64,000 nt of DNA from assembly GCA_964270895.1 (NCBI GenBank), contig OZ185440.1. One strand, 5' to 3'. The translations under genes and the position numbers were made by a program. The stretch is from Podarcis filfolensis. Taxonomy: Eukaryota. The notes below the pieces were generated by a model. That model did no database searches, was not told the DNA's origin, and was given only the letters and a program-made list of their open reading frames with translations. Shown one piece after another: positions 63,790-64,000 of this stretch; the first letter of the stretch is position 1; every line of letters starts with the position of its first letter.

Positions 63790-64000
63790 AGCCGATTAAT
63801 TGCTGTAGCTAATCCATTAACTTGTTCACTGCGTATTAATCAGATTGTAACCAGTGGTCCTCTGTGAATGGCTGTGTTAAGCACTGATAGTACTGTCGGA
63901 TGCAATCTGTGTGCATCTCTTAATGATTTTCTATGTGATAAATGGGTTGCTATTTAATACTACCACCCTCACTACTCCTAATAAAGTTGGCATGATTCTA
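63790..64000. promoter_or_regulatory. Candidate enhancer (homeodomain-site cluster), probably linked to DMRTA2
   Basis: Six TAAT/ATTA cores in 63794-63842, including GATTAATTG, TAATCC and ATTAATCA, with no repeat signature. Conservation cannot be verified here. Confidence 0.4.

Noticed and set aside
1-64000. CRISPR arrays, rRNA, operon-like or viral gene clusters
   Set aside because: None seen. This is eukaryotic intron/intergenic DNA and its repeats are explained by TEs and microsatellites.

Overview
Vertebrate (squamate, probably lacertid lizard, inferred from the Sauria-SINE, Bov-B, L2, CR1 and MITE content) genomic DNA. The only protein-coding gene I can support is the 3' part of FAF1 (Fas-associated factor 1, UAS/coiled-coil/UBX p97 adaptor) on the + strand. 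Six coding exons (9835-9971, 12070-12158, 25098-25178, 25597-25674, 29030-29245, 45723-45806) all have canonical AG/GT boundaries and splice in frame to ...RFLTMCTRHFG...FPRRDVTQLDPNKSLLELKLYPQETLFLEAKE*. They correspond to about exons 14-19 of the mammalian gene (numbering from memory). A 3'UTR with two AATAAA signals follows, then about 17 kb of intergenic DNA. In other amniotes this leads to DMRTA2, which is not seen in the window. The rest is intron/intergenic DNA with four Sauria SINEs, a 5'-truncated Bov-B LINE, CR1 and L2 fragments, a solo LTR, many hAT/Tc1-mariner MITEs, microsatellites and a 284-N gap. Nearly all ORFs in the supplied track are chance or repeat-derived. I found no clear novel multi-gene system. 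The best leads are splice-architecture oddities of FAF1, a peculiar Bov-B 5' junction, and candidate DMRTA2 enhancers that need alignment to confirm.
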